From Selaginella moellendorffii (Eukaryota > Plantae > Lycopodiophyta): 64,000 bases of DNA. Positions 61,811-64,000 of the stretch are shown piece after piece. The position numbers and the translations under genes were made by a program. The notes under the pieces are model-generated. The model saw only the letters and a program-made list of their open reading frames with translations. It had not been told where the DNA came from and ran no database searches. How positions within the stretch are numbered: position 1 is the first letter of the stretch; every line of letters starts with the position of its first letter. Location of the stretch: positions 980,641 through 1,044,640 of the forward strand of contig NW_003314309.1 of NCBI RefSeq assembly GCF_000143415.4, in the 5' to 3' direction.

Positions 61811-63930
61811 GTGCCGTGTTTGAGACAATCGTTGAGCGTCGAGATTTGTCGTTTTAATACTGTGGCAATCTTGCGCCCGCGAGTGGCGCTCCAAAGACGC
61901 TCTGGATCTTCCACGCGATGCTTGCCGAGGGCCTCCACTTCGACGCTCTCAGTCTCGTTGTGTCTCTCAACTCTCGCTGCGTTGCCGGGCCTGGAAACCT
62001 CTCCATGGTGGAGAGAATCCACTCCTGGATCCTGGAAAACGATCGAAAACTCAGTGCCGCAACTGGAACAGCGCTGCTAAAGATGTACCTCAAGTGTGGG
62101 AGCGTCGAGCGAGCCGAGAAAGTGTTCCAGGAGATGACCCACCGGAACGTAAAGACTTGGACGATTCTCATCGCGGCACTGGGCGAGAGAGGCTCGATCG
62201 AGGAAGCCATGGTAGCTTTCCGAGCAACGCAGCTCGATGGGATCCAGCCAAACAGCTTCACTCTCGTCGCCATCTTCCAAGCTTGCGCCACACGGCTTGA
62301 ATCCAGAGAAGACGATCGAGTGAAAGCTCTTTGCAACCAAGCCGTGGAGAGCGGCCTGCTAGCGTCGGGTTCCTGGAACGCCATCGTCGCCACGGCTGTG
62401 ATTGGCACCTATGGAAAGTGCGGCAGTGTCGACAAGGCGCTGGAAGTTTTCGAGAGAACTCCCAGGGAGTCGAGGGACGTCGTAGCATGGAACTCGATCA
62501 TCACAGTCTTCGTGGAGCAAAACAAGCCGGAGCTCGCACTCAAACTCTTCTGGGAGATGCAGCTGGAAGGCGAGGAGCCGACGAGAATCACGCTCTTGAA
62601 AGTTTTAGCAGCAGCCACAGCGTCAAGAGATCTTGGCGTTGGTCGTTTGATCCACCGCAAAGCTCGGCTTCGATCGATGGACAGAGACTTGGTCGTAGGC
62701 ACGGCGCTGGCGAGCATGTATAGCAAACTTGGCCGAGTGGAGGAGCTCTTGGTGGAGAGGATCGAGCAAGGCGGCCGCGACTTGGTGTGCTGGAACATGA
62801 TAATCTCGGCGCTCGTCCAGCATTCTCGGAGCAAAGAAGCACTGGCCTACTTCCGGGAGATGAATATCCAAGGAGTAAAACCCGATCGAGTGACGCTTGC
62901 TCCACTCATAAGCAGCGCCACCTTTCCAGAGAACGAATCCAAGATGATACTTTGCGAGATCTCGCGGAGTGGACTCTCGAGTAACGCGGTCATCAGCAAC
63001 GCCGTTCTAAACTTCCACTCCACGCGAAGGGCCGCAGGATCGAAGAGGCAAGGAGAGTTTTCGATGGATTCCAAGAGCGAGACCTCGTGTCGTTACGCCG
63101 CGGAGGGATTCGCGAGAGAGGCCGTGATCCTCTTCCACCGGATGAAACAAGAGGGATTCCAGTCGAGTAGCGTGACTTCCACCGTGATCTTCGCTGCTTT
63201 CTCGGAGCTCCACGGCTTGGAAGAAGCTTGCCGGGTGGTGACAGTCGAGGAGAACTTGGAGCCAGCATCGCTGTGGAGCCTCCTGATCTCTTCGTGCACG
63301 CAGCAGGGTCGATCCAAGCGAGCGCTGGAAATATTTCGAGCCATGCAGCTCCAAGGGATGCGAGTGAACAGGGAAACGCTCGTTCCAGTCATTGTCTCTT
63401 GTGGAGCTTGCTCGGCTCTGCGAGAAGGCCGCTTGATCCACCAAGAACTCCAAAGATCAGCTCCAACGATCCTGGAGGAGGGCACTCGGCTCAAGAACGC
63501 GATGATCGACATGTATGGACGTAGCGGCAAGCTCCTCGACGTTGCCCACCATATTTTCACCGAGATCAAGCAGCCGAGCGTGATCTCCTGGACGGCGATC
63601 GTCGCGGCCTACGCCCAGAATGGCCGCGTCGAAGAAGCCACTCTCCTCTTCCATCTCATGAAGCTAGACGGCTCCTTGGCCGACACGCTCACCTTCACCA
63701 CGATCCTGTCGATGTATAGCCATGCCGGGCTCCTGGAAGATGGCTGCCACTGCTTTGGATCGATCTCCCGGGACCATTTCCTGGCACCAGCCCCGCAGCA
63801 CTACAACTGCATGAACGATCTCCTGGGCCGCGCCGGGCCGCCGAGTGTTTCGTCCGGGCGCCCGCCTGGACGGCATTGCTGAGCGTGTAAAACCCAGGGT
63901 GATGTGGATCGAGGGAAGCGAATACAGCCA
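61811..63930 (+). pseudogene. Near-identical, partly disrupted paralog of the PPR gene at 9088-11474
   Basis: Colinear and near-identical in nucleotides. Frameshifted 5' end, compensating indels at ~63020-63093, and a deletion/frameshift in the E region at ~63835. Confidence 0.85.
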
Positions 63931-64000
63931 AGAACCCTAAATTACAGTGCAGAACCCTAAAAACAGAGTTCCAAGATGAGGAACCCTAAAAACAGGGGAG

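Noticed and set aside
63932-63990. AACCCTAAA repeats as a telomere
   Set aside because: Three spaced telo-box-like copies, not a tandem array.

Overview
Plant nuclear DNA, most likely the lycophyte Selaginella. This is inferred from the 31-aa-repeat PLS PPR genes, ~50-nt introns and seedless-plant-type 5S sequence. Both ends carry host genes: OEP24, a neprosin peptidase, three tandem PLS-PPR genes, and two PPR + Fic-domain paralog pairs ~50 kb apart. The middle (13-59 kb) is a nest of mobile elements: degenerate Gypsy copies, a 5S-rRNA-carrying Cassandra TRIM, a second TRIM family with a solo LTR, a Penelope-like RT fragment, and an L1 LINE split by two later insertions. One of those insertions is a 7.6-kb non-autonomous LTR element. 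The other is the main finding: a 23.1-kb TIR-bounded DNA transposon (24043-47137, 4-bp AATA TSD). It encodes a Sola1-like transposase, a second MULE/SWIM transposase-like gene, two prokaryote-style ParB-like + beta-class DNA amino-methyltransferase-like genes (one apparently ending in an FCP1/HAD domain) and a duplicated small Cys/His gene. It also carries about 20 copies of a 22-bp palindrome (ATGGCRTGWGGCCWCAYGCCAT) that I saw only inside this element. This copy has nonsense mutations. All family assignments come from motifs recognised by eye; no searches were run.
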